A program made the position numbers and the translations under genes. A stretch of DNA of 64,000 nucleotides. Origin: Eledone cirrhosa (Eukaryota). Where the stretch lies: positions 88,164,001 to 88,228,000 of the forward strand of contig OZ024743.1 of assembly GCA_964016885.1 (NCBI GenBank), given 5' to 3'. Positions 1 through 16,680 of the stretch are shown one piece after another. The notes under the pieces are model-generated. The model saw nothing but the letters and a program-made list of their open reading frames with translations, was not told the DNA's origin and did no database searches. Within the stretch, counting starts at the first letter, position 1. Each line of letters starts with the position of its first letter.

Positions 1-2286
1 GACCTCTGGTGTCCTTGGTCCTAGGGCCACCTCCCTACTTACCACCATTAGCACCCTGTAGCAATGGAGACCTCTGGTGTCCTTGGTCCTAGGACCACCT
101 CCCTACTCACCCCATTAGCACCCTGTAACAGTGGAGACCTCTGGTGTCCTTGTCCCTAGGACCTCCTCCCTACTCACCCCATTAGCACCCTGTAGCAGTG
201 GAGACCTCTGGTGTCCTTGTCCCTAGGACCTCCTCCCTACTCACCCCATTAGCACCCTGTAACAGTGGAGACCTCTGGTGTCCTTGGTCCTAGGGCCACC
301 TCCCTACTTACCACCATTAGCACCCTGTAGCAGTGGAGACCTCTGGTGTCCTTGGTCCTAGAACCACCTCCCTACTTACCACCATTAGCACCCTGTAACA
401 GTGGAGACCTCTGGTGTCCTTGGTCCTAGGGCCACCTCCCTACTTACCACCATTAGCACCCTGTAGCAATGGAGACCTCTGGTGTCCTTGGTCCTAGGAC
501 CACCTCCCTACTTACCACCATTAGCACCCTGTAGCAGTGGAGACCTCTGGTGTCCTTGGTCCTAGGGCCACCTCCCTACTTACCACCATTAGCACCCTGT
601 AACAGTGGAGACTTCTGGTGTCCTTGTCCCTAGGACCTCCTCCCTACTCACCCCATTAGCACCCTGTAACAGTGGAGACCTCTGGTGTCCTTGGTCCTAG
701 AACCACCTCCCTACTTACCACCATTAGCACCCTGTAACAGTGGAGACTTCTGGTGTCCTTGTCCCTAGGACCTCCTCCCTACTCACCCCATTAGCACCCT
801 GTAACAGTGGAGACCTCTGGTGTCCTTGGTCCTAGGGCCACCTCCCTACTTACCACCATTAGCACCCTGTAACAGTGGAGACTTCTGGTGTCCTTGTCCC
901 TAGGACCTCCTCCCTACTCACCCCATTAGCACCCTGTAGCAGTGGAGACCTCTGGTGTCCTTGGTCCTAGGGCCACCTCCCTACTTACCACCATTAGCAC
1001 CCTGTAGCAATGGAGACCTCTGGTGTCCTTGGTCCTAGGACCACCTCCCTACTCACCACCATTAGCACCCTGTAGCAGTGGAGACCTCTGGTGTCCTTGG
1101 TCCTAGGACCACCTCCCTACTTACCACCATTAGCACCCTGTAGCAGTGGAGACCTCTGGTGTCCTTGGTCCTAGGGCCACCTCCCTACTTACCACCATTA
1201 GCACCCTGTAACAGTGGAGACCTCTGGTGTCCTTGGTCCTAGGACCACCTCCCTAGTCACCACCATCAACACCCTGTAACAGTGGAGACCTCTGGTGTCC
1301 TTGGCCCTAGGACCACCTCCCTACTTACCACCATTAGCACCCTGTAGCAATGGAGACCTCTGGTGTCCTTGGTCCTAGGACCACCTCCCTACTCACCACC
1401 ATTAGCACCCTGTAGCAGTGGAGACCTCTGGTGTCCTTGGTCCTAGGACCACCTCCCTACTTACCACCATTAGCACCCTGTAGCAATGGAGACCTCTGGT
1501 GTCCTTGGTCCTAGGGCCACCTCCCTACTTACCACCATTAGCACCCTGTAGCAGTGGAGACCTCTGGTGTCCTTGGTCCTAGGGCCACCTCCCTACTCAC
1601 CACCATTAGCACCCTGTAGCAGTGGAGACCTCTGGTGTCCTTGGTCCTAGGACCACCTCCCTACTTACCACCATTAGCACCCTGTAGCAGTGGAGACCTC
1701 TGGTGTCCTTGGTCCTAGGGCCACCTCCCTACTTACCACCATTAGCACCCTGTAACAGTGGAGACCTCTGGTGTCCTTGGTCCTAGGACCACCTCCCTAG
1801 TCACCACCATCAACACCCTGTAACAGTGGAGACCTCTGGTGTCCTTGGCCCTAGGACCACCTCCCTACTTACCACCATTAGCACCCTGTAGCAATGGAGA
1901 CCTCTGGTGTCCTTGGTCCTAGGACCACCTCCCTACTCACCACCATTAGCACCCTGTAGCAGTGGAGACCTCTGGTGTCCTTGGTCCTAGGACCACCTCC
2001 CTACTTACCACCATTAGCACCCTGTAGCAATGGAGACCTCTGGTGTCCTTGGTCCTAGGGCCACCTCCCTACTTACCACCATTAGCACCCTGTAGCAGTG
2101 GAGACCTCTGGTGTCCTTGGTCCTAGGGCCACCTCCCTACTTACCACCATTAGCACCCTGTAGCAGTGGAGACCTCTGGTGTCCTTGGTCCTAGGGCCAC
2201 CTCCCTACTTACCACCATTAGCACCCTGTAGCAGTGGAGACCTCTGGTGTCCTTGTCCCTAGGACCACCTCCCTACTCACCACCAT
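1..2286. repeat. 68-bp minisatellite, about 33 copies, runs off the window start
   Basis: Unit gacctctggtgtccttggtcctagggccacctccctacttaccaccattagcaccctgtagcaatgga recurs every 66-68 bp. Confidence 0.97.
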
Positions 2287-2400
2287 CGACACAGAGTTGG
2301 CTACCCACAGGTGTGAGCCCCACGAGCTGGAATGGCTCTTCCAACGCGTTTCCCTCACCATCCTCCTGGGAAACGCCTTCTCTATTCTGTCCGCCGAGAT
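2225..2400 (+). mobile_element. 3' end of a CRE-like (restriction-like endonuclease) non-LTR retrotransposon ORF
   Basis: Translation PVAVETSGVLVPRTTSLL...EPHELEWLFQRVSLTILLGNAFSIL resembles the C-terminal P-x-A-V-E-T-x-G...LFQRIS-x-A-I-x-RGNA motif of CRE-clade elements (recognised from memory). Confidence 0.7.
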
Positions 2401-3056
2401 CACGGGACGGCTAACGCGTGGTCTCCCATTTGCTTATAATAGTGAGAGATGAGGAGAGAGAACATACACACACATGCACTTTATAAAACTACGATAGATA
2501 TATAACCCGTTGCTTCTTGTAATAGTAATATAGTAATATACATGAACGGTGAAATATCAATGAACTAAGAGAGAAACTGAGCATAGGAGGAATCAGATGC
2601 CGTGTGTGAGGAGATACTATAAGACAGTAAAACACTGTCAAGTAGACGGTTAACGTGGTGCGGGACTTAAACGACAAATGACACGTTTTAAAAATACACA
2701 CCATCATCATTAATTAGTTTGTGCTTTCATCTCTGTCGATGTCACGGGTGTGAGGTGGAGGGTATTGGGGAAATGACCTCTTGTCCAATGTTGTAATGTT
2801 GTCGTTTGTGATGTCACAAATTCAAATAACAATAATGTTTGATTAATAAAAAAAAATTTTTAATCATAAATAAATCTATTTTAAATAACAACTCTCCAGA
2901 TGTTTAAATAACAATATTCCAGATATTTAAATAACAATATTCCAGATATTTAAATAACAATACTCCAGATGTTTAAATAACAATATTCTAGATATTTAAA
3001 TAAAAACACTCCAGATATTTAAATAACAACACTCCAGATATTTAAATAAGAATATA

Positions 3057-3255
3057 GGAACGATCGACTTTCGTCAAATCGGACCGAGGGAACAATGTTT
3101 CCGTTGGTCTTTCCAATTGCTAATACAGGTAGAAGGAGCAACGTTAAATAAAGTGTCTTGCTCAAGGACATAGCGCATCGCCTGGTCCAGGAATCGAACT
3201 TACAACCTTACGATTGCGAATCCAATTCTCTAACCACTCAGCCACACGCCTTCAC
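3057..3255 (-). mobile_element. tRNA-derived CORE-type SINE 5' fragment; copies also at about 4781-5000, 5430-5630, 6630-6850
   Basis: Reverse strand reads gaaggcgtgtggctgagtggttagag (A box)...gttcgattcc (B box)...gtccttgagcaagacact (CORE-like). Confidence 0.8.
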
Positions 3256-4320
3256 GAATTTTTAATCATAAATAAATCTATTTTAAATAACAATCCAGAT
3301 ATTTAAATAACAACTCTCCAGATATTTAAACAACAATACTCCAGATATTTAAATAACAATATTCCAGATATTTAAATAACAATACTCCAGATATTTAAAT
3401 AACAATACTCCAGATATTTAAATAACAATACTCCAGATATTTAAATAACAATATTCCAGATATTTAAATAACAATACTCCAGATATTTAAATAACAATAC
3501 TCCAGATATTTAAATAACAATATTCCAGATATTTAAATAACAATATTCCAGATATTTAAATAACAATACTCCAGATATTTAAATAACAATACTCCTGATA
3601 TTTAAATAACAATATTCCAGATATTTAAATAACAATACTCCAGATATTTAAATAACACCACTCCAGATATTTAAATAACAACTATCCAGATATTTAAATA
3701 ACAATACTCCAGATATTTAAATAACAATACTCCAGATATTTAAATAACAATACTCCAGATATTTAAATAACAATATTCCAGATATTTAAATAACAATACT
3801 CCAGATATTTAAATAACAATACTCCAGATATTTAAATAACAATACTCCCGATATTTAAATAACAATATTCCAGATATTTAAATAACAATATTCCAGATAT
3901 TTAAATAACAATACTCCAGATATTTAAATAACAATACTCCAGATATTTAAATAACAATATTCCAGATATTTAAATAACAATACTCCAGATATTTAAATAA
4001 CACCACTCCAGATATTTAAATAACAACTCTCCAGATATTTAAATAACAATACTCCAGATATTTAAATAACACCACTCCAGATATTTAAATAAAAATACTC
4101 CAGATATTTAAATAACAATACTCCAGATATTTAAATAACACCACTCCAGATATTTAAATAAAAATACTCCAGATATTTAAATAACAATACTCAAGATATT
4201 TAAATAACAATACTCCAGATATTTAAATAACACCACTCCAGATATTTAAATAAAAATACTCCAGATATTTAAATAACAATATTCCAGATATTAACAATAC
4301 TCCAGATATTTAAATAACTG

Positions 4321-4460
4321 TTTCTACTTTAGGCACAAGGCCAGCAATTACCCAGTGCATTACTGGTACTTTATTTTATCGACCCCATAAGGATGAAAGG
4401 CAAAGTCAACCTCGGCGGCATTTGAACTCAGATCGTAAAGGGACGTAACTATGCTGGATC
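4321..4460 (-). mobile_element. Second tRNA-derived SINE family fragment; copy at about 6284-6425
   Basis: Matches the complete copies at 14363, 43724 and 57075 (gagttcaaat...ctttgcctttcatcc...gtcgataaaataaagtaccag). Confidence 0.85.
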
Positions 4461-7400
4461 TAGATATTTAAATAACAATACTCCTGATATTTAAATAACA
4501 ATATTCCAGATATTTAAATAACAATATTCCAGATATTTAAATAACAATACTCCAGATATTTAAATAACAATACTCCAGATATTTAAATAACAATACTCCA
4601 GATATTTAAATAACAACACTCCAGATATTTAAATAACAATATTCCAGATATTTAAATAACAACTCTCCAGATATTTAAATAACAATATTCCGGATATTTA
4701 AATAACAAGACTCAAGATATTTAAATAACAAGACTCCAGATATTTAAATAACAACACTCCAGATATTTAAATAAGAATATAGGAACGATCGACTTTCGTC
4801 AAATCGGACCGAGGGAACAATGTTTCCGTTAGTCTTTCCAATTGTTAATACTATCTATCGGTCACAACTGCAGATAGAAGGAGCAACGTTAAATAAAGTG
4901 TCTTGGTCAAGGACATAACGCATCGCCTGGTCCAGGAATCGAACTGACAACCTTACGATTGCGAATCCAATTCTCTAACCACTCAGCCACACGCCTTCAC
5001 AAATTTTTAATCATAAATAAATTTATTTTAAATAATAATCCAGATATTTAAATAACAACTCTCCAGATATTTAAATAACAATATTCCAGATATTTAAATA
5101 ACAATACTCCAGATATTTAAATAACACCACTCCAGATATTTAAATAACAATATGCCAGATATTTAAATAACAATACTCCAGATATTTAAATAACAACATT
5201 CCAGATATTTAAATAACAAATCTCCAGATATTTAAATAACACCACTCCATATATTTAAATAACAATACTCCAGATATTTAAATAACAATACTCCAGATAT
5301 TTAAATAACAATATTCCAGATATTTAAATAACAATACTCCAGATATTTAAATAACAATATTCCAGATATTTAAATAAAAACACTCCAGATATTTAAATAA
5401 CAACACTCCAGATATTTAAATAAGAATATAGGAACGATCGACTTTCGTCAAATCGAACCGAGGGAACAATGTTTCCGTTGATCTTTCCAATTGCTAATAC
5501 AGGTAGAAGGAGCAACGTTAAATAAAGTGTCTTGCTCAAGGACATAACGCATCGCCTGGTCCAGGAATCGAACTCACAACGTTACGATTGCGAATCCAAT
5601 TCTCTAACCACTCAGCCACACGCCTTCACAAATTTTTAATCATAAATAAATCTATTTTAAATAACAATCCAGATATTTAAATAACAACTCTCCAGATATT
5701 TAAACAACAATACTCCAGATATTTAAATAACAATACTCCAGATATTTAAATAACAATATTCCAGATATTTAAATAACAATACTCCAGATATTTAAATAAC
5801 AATACTCCAGATATTTAAATAACAATACTCCAGATATTTAAATAACAATATTCCAGATATTTAAATAACAATACTCCAGATATTTAAATAACAATACTCC
5901 AGATATTTAAATAACAATACTCCCGATATTTAAATAACAATATTCCAGATATTTAAATAACAATATTCCAGATATTTAAATAACAATACTCCAGATATTT
6001 AAATAACAATACTCCAGATATTTAAATAACAATATTCCAGATATTTAAATAACAATACTCCAGATATTTAAATAACAATATTCCAGATATTTAAATAACA
6101 CCACTCCAGATATTTAAATAACAACTCTCCAGATATTTAAATAACAATACTCCAGATATTTAAATAACACCACTCCAGATATTTAAATAAAAATACTCCA
6201 GATATTTAAATAACAATACTCCAGATATTTAAATAACAATATTCCAGATATTTAAATAACAATACTCCAGATATTTAAAGAACTGTTTCTACTTTAGGCA
6301 CAAGGCCAGCAATTACCCATTGCATTACTGGTACTTTATTTTATCGACCCCATAAGGATGAAACGCAAAGTCAACCTCGGCGGGATTTGAACTCAGATCG
6401 TAAAGGGACGTAACTATGCTGGATCCAGATATTTAAATAACAATACTCCAGATATTTAAATAACAATATTCCAGATATTTAAATAACAATATTCCAGATA
6501 TTTAAATAACAATACTCCAGATATTTAAATAACAATATTCCGGATATTTAAATAACAAGACTCAAGATATTTAAATAACAAGACTCCAGATATTTAAATA
6601 ACAACACTCCAGATATTTAAATAAGAATATAGGAACGATCGACTTTCGTCAAATCGAACCGAGGGAACAATGTTTCCGTTGGTCTTTCCAATTGTTAATA
6701 CTATCTATCGGTCACAACTACAGGTAGAAGGAGCAACGTTAAATAAAGTGTCTTGGTCAAGGACATAGCGCATCGCCTGGTCCAGGAATCGAACTTACAA
6801 CCTTACGATTGCGAATCCAATTCTCTAACCACTCAGCCACACGCCTTCACAAATTTTTAATCATAAATAAATCGATTTTAAATAATAATCCAGATATTTA
6901 AATAACAACTCTCCAGATATTTAAATAACAATATTCCAGATATTTAAATAACAATACTCCAGATATTTAAATAACACCACTCCAGATATTTAAATAACAA
7001 TATTCCAGATATTTAAATAACAATACTCCAGATATTTAAATAACAACATTCCAGATATTTAAACAACAAATCTCCAGATATTTAAATAACACCACTCCAG
7101 ATATTTAAATAACAATACTCCAGATATTTAAATAACAATACTCCAGATATTTAAATAACAATATTCCAGATATTTAAATAACAATACTCCAGATATTTAA
7201 ATAACAATATTCCAGATATTTAAATAACAATACTCCAGATATTTAAATGACAATACTCCAGATATTTAAATAACAGCTTTCCAGATATTTAAATAACAAA
7301 ACTCCAGATATTTAAATAACAATATTCCAAATATTTAAATAACAACTCTTCAGATATTTAAATAACAACACTCCAGATATTTAAATAAGAACTCTCCAGA

Positions 7401-10400
7401 TATTTAAATAACAATATTCCAGATATTTAAATAACAATACTCCAGTTATTTAAATAACAATATTCCAGATATTTAAATAACAACTCTCCAGATATTTACA
7501 TAACAACACTCCACATATTTAAATAACAACTCTCCAGATATTTAAATAACAATATTCCAGATATTTAAATAACAACACTCCAGATATTTAAATAACAATA
7601 TTCCAGATATTTAAATACCAACTCTCCAGATATTTAAATAACAATGCTCCAGATATTTAAATAACACCACTCCAGATATTTAAATAACAATGCTCCAGAT
7701 ATTTAAATAACAACTCTCCAGACATGTAAATAACACCACTCCAGAGATTTAGATAACAGATAACAATGCTCCAGATATTTAAATAACACCACTCAAGATA
7801 TTCAAATAACAATGCTCCAGATATTTAAATAACAACTCTCCAAATATTTCAATAGCAATACTCCAGATATTTAAATAACAACTCTCCAGATATTTCAATA
7901 GCAATACTCCAGATATTTTAAATAACAACACTCCAGATATTTAAAAAACAATATTCCAGATATTTAAATATCACCTCTCCAGATATTTAGATAACAATAC
8001 TCCAGATATTTAGATAACAATACTCCCGATATTTAAATAACGATACTCCAGATATTTAAATAACAACTCTCCAGATATTCAAATAACAATACTCCAGATA
8101 TGTAAATAACAATCGAGAGATTTAAATAACAACTCTCGAGATATTTAAATAACAATACTCCAGATATTTAGATAACCTTACTCCAGATATTTAAATAACA
8201 ACACTCCAGATATTTAAATAACAACACTCCAGATATTTAAATAACAATTCTTCAGATATTTAAATAACTATACTCCAGATATCTAAATAACAATATTCTA
8301 GATATTTAGATAACAATACTCCAGATATTTAAATAACAATATTCCAGATATTTAGATAACAATACTCCAGATATTTAAATAACAATATTCCAGATATTTA
8401 AATAACAACTCTCCAGATATTTAAATAACAATACTCCAGATATTTAAATAACAACATTCTAGATATTTAAATAACAATACTGCAGATATTTAAATAACAA
8501 CTCTCTAGATATTTAAATAACAATATTCCAGATATTTAGATAACAATACTCCAGATATTTAAATAACATCACTGCAGATATTTAAATAACAATGCTCCAG
8601 ATATTTAAATAACAACTCTCCAGATATTTAAATAACACCACTCCAGATATTTCGATAACAATATTCCAGATATTTAAATAACAACTCTCCAGATATTTAA
8701 ATAACAATGCTCCAGATATTTAAATAACACCATTCCAGATATTTAGATAACAATATTCCAGATATTTAAATAACAATACTCCAGATATTCAAATAACAAT
8801 ACTCCAGATATTCAAATAACAACTCTCCAGATATTTAAATAACAACTCTCCAGATATTTAAATAACACCACTCCAGATATTTCGATAAAAATACTCCAGA
8901 TATTTAAATAATAATACACCAGATATTTAAATAACAACGCTCCAGATATTTGAATAACAATAATCCAGATATTTAAATAACAATACTCCAGATATTTAAA
9001 TAACAATATTCCAGATATTTAAATAACAATACTCCAGATATTTAAATAACACCACTCCAGATATTTAAATAACAATACTCCAGATATTTAAATAACAATA
9101 TTCCAGATATTTAAATAACAATACTCCAGATATTTAAATAACAATATTCCAGATATTTAAATAACAATACCCCAGATATTTAAATAACAATACTCCAGAT
9201 ATTTAAATAACAATACTCCAGATATTTAAATAACAATATTCCAGGTATTTAAATAACACCACTCCAGATATTTAAATAACAACACTCCAGATATTTAAAT
9301 AACAATTCTTCAGATATTTAAATAACTATACTCCAGATATCTAAATAACAATATTCTAGATATTTAGATAACAATACTCCAGATATTTATATAACAATAT
9401 TCCAGATATTTAGATAACAATACTCCAGATATTTAAATAACAATATTCCAGATATTTAAATAACAACTCTCCAGATATTTAAATAACAATACTCCAGATA
9501 TTTAAATAACAACGTTCTCGATATTTAAATAACAATAATGCAGATATTTAAATAACAACTCTCTAGATATTTAAATAACAATATTCCAGGTATTTAGATA
9601 ACAATACTCCAGATATTTAAATAACAACACTTCAGATATTTAAATAACAATGGTCCAGATATTTAAATAACAACTCTCCAGATATTTAAATAACACCACT
9701 CCAGATATTTTGATAACAATACTCCAGATATTTAAATAACAATACTCCAGATATTTAAATAACAACACTCCAGATATTTAAATAACAATATTCCAGATAT
9801 TTAAATAACAATATTCCAGATATTTAAATAACAACACTCCAGATATTTAAATAACAATATTCCAGATATTTAAATAACAACTCTCCAGATATTTAAATAA
9901 CAATACTCCAGATATTTAAATAATAATATTCCAGATATTTAAATAACAACTCTCCAGATATTTAAATAACAATATCCAGATATTTTAATAACAACACTCC
10001 AGATATTTAAATAACAATATTCCAGATATTTAAATAACAACTCTCCAGATATTTAAATAACAATACTCCAGATATTTAAATAACAACTCTTCAGATATTT
10101 AAATAACAATACTCCAGATATTTAAATAACAATATTCCAGATATTTAGATAACAATACTCCAGATATTTAAATAATAATATTCCAGATATTTAGATAACA
10201 ATACTCCAGATATTTAAATAACAATATTCCAGATATTTAAATAACAACTCTCCAGATATTTAAATAACAACACTCCACATATTTAAATAACAACTCTCCA
10301 GATATTTAAATAACAATATTCCAGATATTTAGATAACAATACTCCAGATATTTAAATAACAACACTGCAGATATTTAAATAACAATGCTCCAGATATTTA

Positions 10401-13400
10401 AATAACAACTCTCCAGATATTTAAATAACACCACTCCAGATATTTCGATAACAATACTCCAGATATTAAAATAATAATACTCCAGATATTTAAATAACAA
10501 CACTCCAGATATTTGAATAACAATATTCCAGATATTTAAATAACAATACTCCAGATATTTAAATAACAATATTCCAGATATTTAAATAACAATACTCCAG
10601 ATATTTAAATAACACCACTCCAGATATTTAAATAACAATACTCCAGATATTTAAATAACAATATTCCAGATATTTAAATAACAATACTCCAGATATTTAA
10701 ATAACAATACTCCAGATATTTAAATAACAATCTTCCAGGTATTTAAATAACAATATTCCAGATATTTAAATAACAACTCTCCAGATATTTAAGTAACGAT
10801 ACTCCAGATATTTAAATAACAACATTCTTGATATTTAAATAACAACTCTCTAGATATTTAAATAACAATACTCCAGATATTTAAATAATAATATTCCAGA
10901 TATTTAAATAACAACTCTCCAGATATTTAAATAACAATACTCCAGATATTTAAATAACAACATTCTAGATATTTAAATAACAATACTGCAGATATTTAAA
11001 TAACAACTCTCTAGATATTTAAATAACAATATTCCAGATATTTAGATAACAATACTCCAGATATTTAAATAAAAACACTGCAGATATTTAAATAACAATG
11101 CTCCAGATATTTAAATAACAACTCTCCAGATATTTAAATAACACCAATCCAGATATTTCGATAACAATACTCCAGATATTAAAATAATAATACTCCAGAT
11201 ATTTAAATAACAACGCTCCAGATATTTGAATAACAATATTCCAGATATTTAAATAATAATATTCCAGATATTTAAATAACAACTCTCCAGATATGTAAAT
11301 AACAATACTGCAGATATTTAAATAACAACACTCCAGATATTTTAATAACAATGCTCCAGATATTTAAATAACAACTCTCCAGATATTTAAATAACACCAC
11401 TCCAGATATTTCGATAACAATACTCCAGATATTTAAATAACAATATACCAGATATTTAAATAACAATACTCCAGATATTTAAATAACAATACTCCAGATA
11501 TTTAAATAACACCACTCCAGATATTTCGATAACAATACTCCAGATATTTAAGTAACAATACTCCAGGTATTTAAATAACAATATTCCAGATATTTAAATA
11601 ACAACTCTCCAGATATTTAAATAACAATACTCCAGATATTTAAATAACAATATTCCAGATATTTAAATAACAACACTCCAGATACTTAAATAACAACACT
11701 CCAGATATTTAAATAACAACTCTCCAGATATTTAAATAACGATACTCCAGATATTTAAATAACAATATTCCAGGTATTTAAATAACAACTCTCCAGATAT
11801 TTAAATAACACCTCTCCAGATATTTAGATAACAATACTCCAGATATTTAAATAACAACACTCCAGATATTTAATAACAACACTCCAGATATTTAAATAAC
11901 AACTCTTCAGATATTTAAATAACAATACTCCAGATATTTAGATAACAATACTCCAGATATTTAAATAACAATATTCCAGATATTTAGATAACAATACTCC
12001 AGATATTTAAATAACAATATTCCAGATATCTAAATAACAACTCTCCAGATATTTAAATAACTATACTCCAGATATTTAAATAACAACACTCCAGATATTT
12101 AAATAACAATGCTCCAGATATTTAAATAACAATACTCCACATATTTAAATAACACCACTCCAGATATTTAGATAACAATACTCCAGATATTTAAATAACA
12201 ATACTCTAGATATTTAAATAACTATACTCCAGATATTTAAATAACAACACTCCAGATATTTAAATAACAATGCTCCAGATATTTAAATAACAACTCTCCA
12301 GATATTTAAATAACAACACTCCAGATATTTAAATAACAATATTCCAGATATTTAAATAACAACTCTCCAGATATTTAGATAACACCATTCCAGATATTTA
12401 GATAACAATACTCCAGATATTTAAATAACACCACTCCAGATATTTAGATAACAATATTCCAGATATTTAAATAACAATACTCCAGATATTTAAATAACAC
12501 CACTCCAGATATTTAATAACAACACTCCAGATATTTAAATAACAACTCTTCAGATATTTAAATAACAATACTCCAGATATTTAGATAACAATACTCCAGA
12601 TATTTAAATAACAATATTCCAGATATTTAGATAACAATACTCCAGATATTTAAATAACAATATTCCAGATATCTAAATAACAACTCTCCAGATATTTAAA
12701 TAACTATACTCCAGATATTTAAATAACAACACTCCAGATATTTAAATAACAATGCTCCAGATATTTAAATAACAATACTCCAGATATTTAAATAACAATA
12801 CTCCAGATATTTAAATAACAGCACTCCAGATATTTAGATAACAATACTCCAGATATTTAAATAATAATACTCCAGATATTTAAATAACAATACTCCAGAT
12901 ATTTAAATAAAAATACTCCAGATATTTAAATAACAACACTCCAGATATTTAAATAACAATATTCCAGATATTTAAATAACAACACTCCACATATTTAAAT
13001 AACAACACTCCAGTTATTTAAATAACAGCTCTCCAGATATTTAAATAACAATATTCCAGATATTTAAATAACAATATTCCAGATATTTAAATAACACTAC
13101 TCCAGATATTTAGATAACAATACTCCAGATATTTAAATAACAATACTCCAGATATTTAAATAACAATCCTCCAGATATTTAAATAACAATATTCCAGATA
13201 TTTAAATAACAACACTCCAGATATTTAAATAACAGCTCTCCAGATATTTAAATAACAATATTCCAGATATTTAAATAACAAGACTCCAGATATTTAAATA
13301 ACAACACTCCAGATATTTAAATAACAACTCTCCAGATATTTAAATAACACTACTCCAGATATTTAGATAAAAATACTCCAGATATTTAAATAACAATACT

Positions 13401-13645
13401 CCAGATATTTAAATCCGGGGCTCATCAGACCTCTTTTAGTGGTAATGAAAAAAATATATATATATATATGGATACATGGAAGCGATCGTAAATCAATTAA
13501 ATAATTTAATGTAATTTAATCTTTATTATTTTTATTCATTATACCCCGCCGAGGTTAACTTTGCCTTTCATCCTTACGGGGGTCGATAAAATAAAGTACC
13601 AGTAATACACTGGGTAATTGCTGGCCTTTTGCCAAATGTAGAAAC

Positions 13646-13680
<35 letters not shown>

Positions 13681-13682
<2 letters not shown>

Positions 13683-14213
13683 GGGCCGGATTTAGACTTT
13701 GGGGGACCGGGGTACTTCAGGTTTAAGGGGTCCCTCATACACAAAACATAAGAATACACAGCAAACCCACCAATTTTACATATCAAAGTCTGTTTGGCGC
13801 AAGTAATTAAAATTGAAAAGTTATACATCTATCTATCTAAGGCGGGTAAAATTCCCGAGATCCATGGACGAGTTCTCTCCAGCGGTCTCTGTCCCTCATT
13901 ATCGCTGCCATGTCCTGCATCTCCAACAGACCAGTGTCTGTCCTTAGGGCATCAACATACGTTAACCTTGGTCTTCCTCTTCTAGTGTGTCCATGTAGGG
14001 GCTCCCAAAGGAGCACTGAGTGCAATGTCAACTCTGGATGTCGGTGAGCATATCCAGCCAACCTCAGTCTCAACAATTCTAACCATCCTAAACTTAAAAA
14101 GCCCAACAGAGGACACACATAATTTGCTACAGCTGTGGCTGGTGGGGCTCCCCGCTACAGGGGCCCCGGAGAAATTTCCCCCTTTGCGCCCTCCCCTCAT
14201 AAATCCGGTCCTG
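13681..14213. mobile_element. Non-autonomous hAT-like DNA transposon
   Basis: TIRs cagggccggattta / taaatccggtcctg; 8-bp flanks tatatatt (13673-13680) and catatatt (14214-14221) match 7/8. Confidence 0.75.
13826..14075 (-). mobile_element. RTE/RTEX LINE 3' fragment nested in the hAT element
   Basis: RLRLAGYAHRH...LLWEPLHGHTRRGRPRLTYVDAL...MRDRDRWRELV is typical of an RTE-clade C-terminus; short (taga)n tail follows the stop. Confidence 0.8.
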
Positions 14214-14251
14214 CATATATTCATTAGTTGACCACCAAACTACTACTATCA

Positions 14252-14307
<56 letters not shown>

Positions 14308-14362
14308 TCTACTACTACTACTACTACTACTACTACTATTACTATTATTATTATTATCACTG

Positions 14363-14660
14363 AGGGCGGTGTGTTGGCAGTATCGGTAGAGGGTCGGACG
14401 CCATGCTTAGCAGCATAGAGATATGGCCCTTTATGATCTGAGTTCAAATCCCGCCGAGGTTAACTTTGCCTTTCATCCTTACGGGGTCGATAAAATAAAG
14501 TACCAGTAATGCACTGGGGTCGATTTAATCGACTTTCTCCTCCCCCAAAATTGCTGGCCTTGTGCCTATATAAGAAGCCATTATTATCACTACTACCGAT
14601 AAAATAAAGTACCAGTAATACACTGGTAATTGCTGGCCTTGTGCCAAAAGTAGAAACAAT
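14363..14660 (+). mobile_element. tRNA-derived SINE (Octopus-type); other copies at about 13545, 16295(-), 31622(-), 32315, 37200, 43724, 50510(-), 51500(-), 51705, 56505, 57075, 57283, 63655
   Basis: A box tggcagtatcgg, B box gagttcaaatcc, and shared body and tail ggccttgtgcc...gtagaaacaattatta in many dispersed copies. Confidence 0.85.
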
Positions 14661-15049
14661 TATTATCACTACTACAACTGTTGCTGCTAACATGGTTGTA
14701 ATCATTACTGTCATAACACAGGAAGTCACGTGATGATAGTTTCACAGAAGGCACCACTGTACTGTAATGTGGGTGATCACGGTTCACTAATTCTCATCCC
14801 CTCCACTGGCGGCGGTGGAGTTGGTGGATATGGTGCATTGTATTAATATTACTAAGGAGGGTGCATAGTTAATATCTATATCAGTCGGTGAACATGTGGT
14901 CTTTTGTGGTCGTTTAAACTGTCTCATCTGAGATAACCCTTACTAATCACTCTGTCTGTCAGATAACCCTCCCCCCCCCTCTCTCTCTGTATATAATATT
15001 ATGATATATGTATACACGTAGCTAACTAGCTGTTTGTGGCAATTAAAGA

Positions 15050-16680
<1,631 letters not shown>

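Larger units (their letters stand above)
2881..13415. repeat. 23-bp satellite (ccagatatttaaataacaatact), about 10.5 kb, interrupted by SINE fragments
   Basis: Hundreds of tandem copies; variation mainly in the aatact/aatatt/aactct/accact segment. Confidence 0.98.

Noticed and set aside
2881-13415. CRISPR-like or leucine-rich-repeat coding appearance of the 23-bp array
   Set aside because: No unique spacers, no cas genes, eukaryotic context, and the unit is not a multiple of 3.
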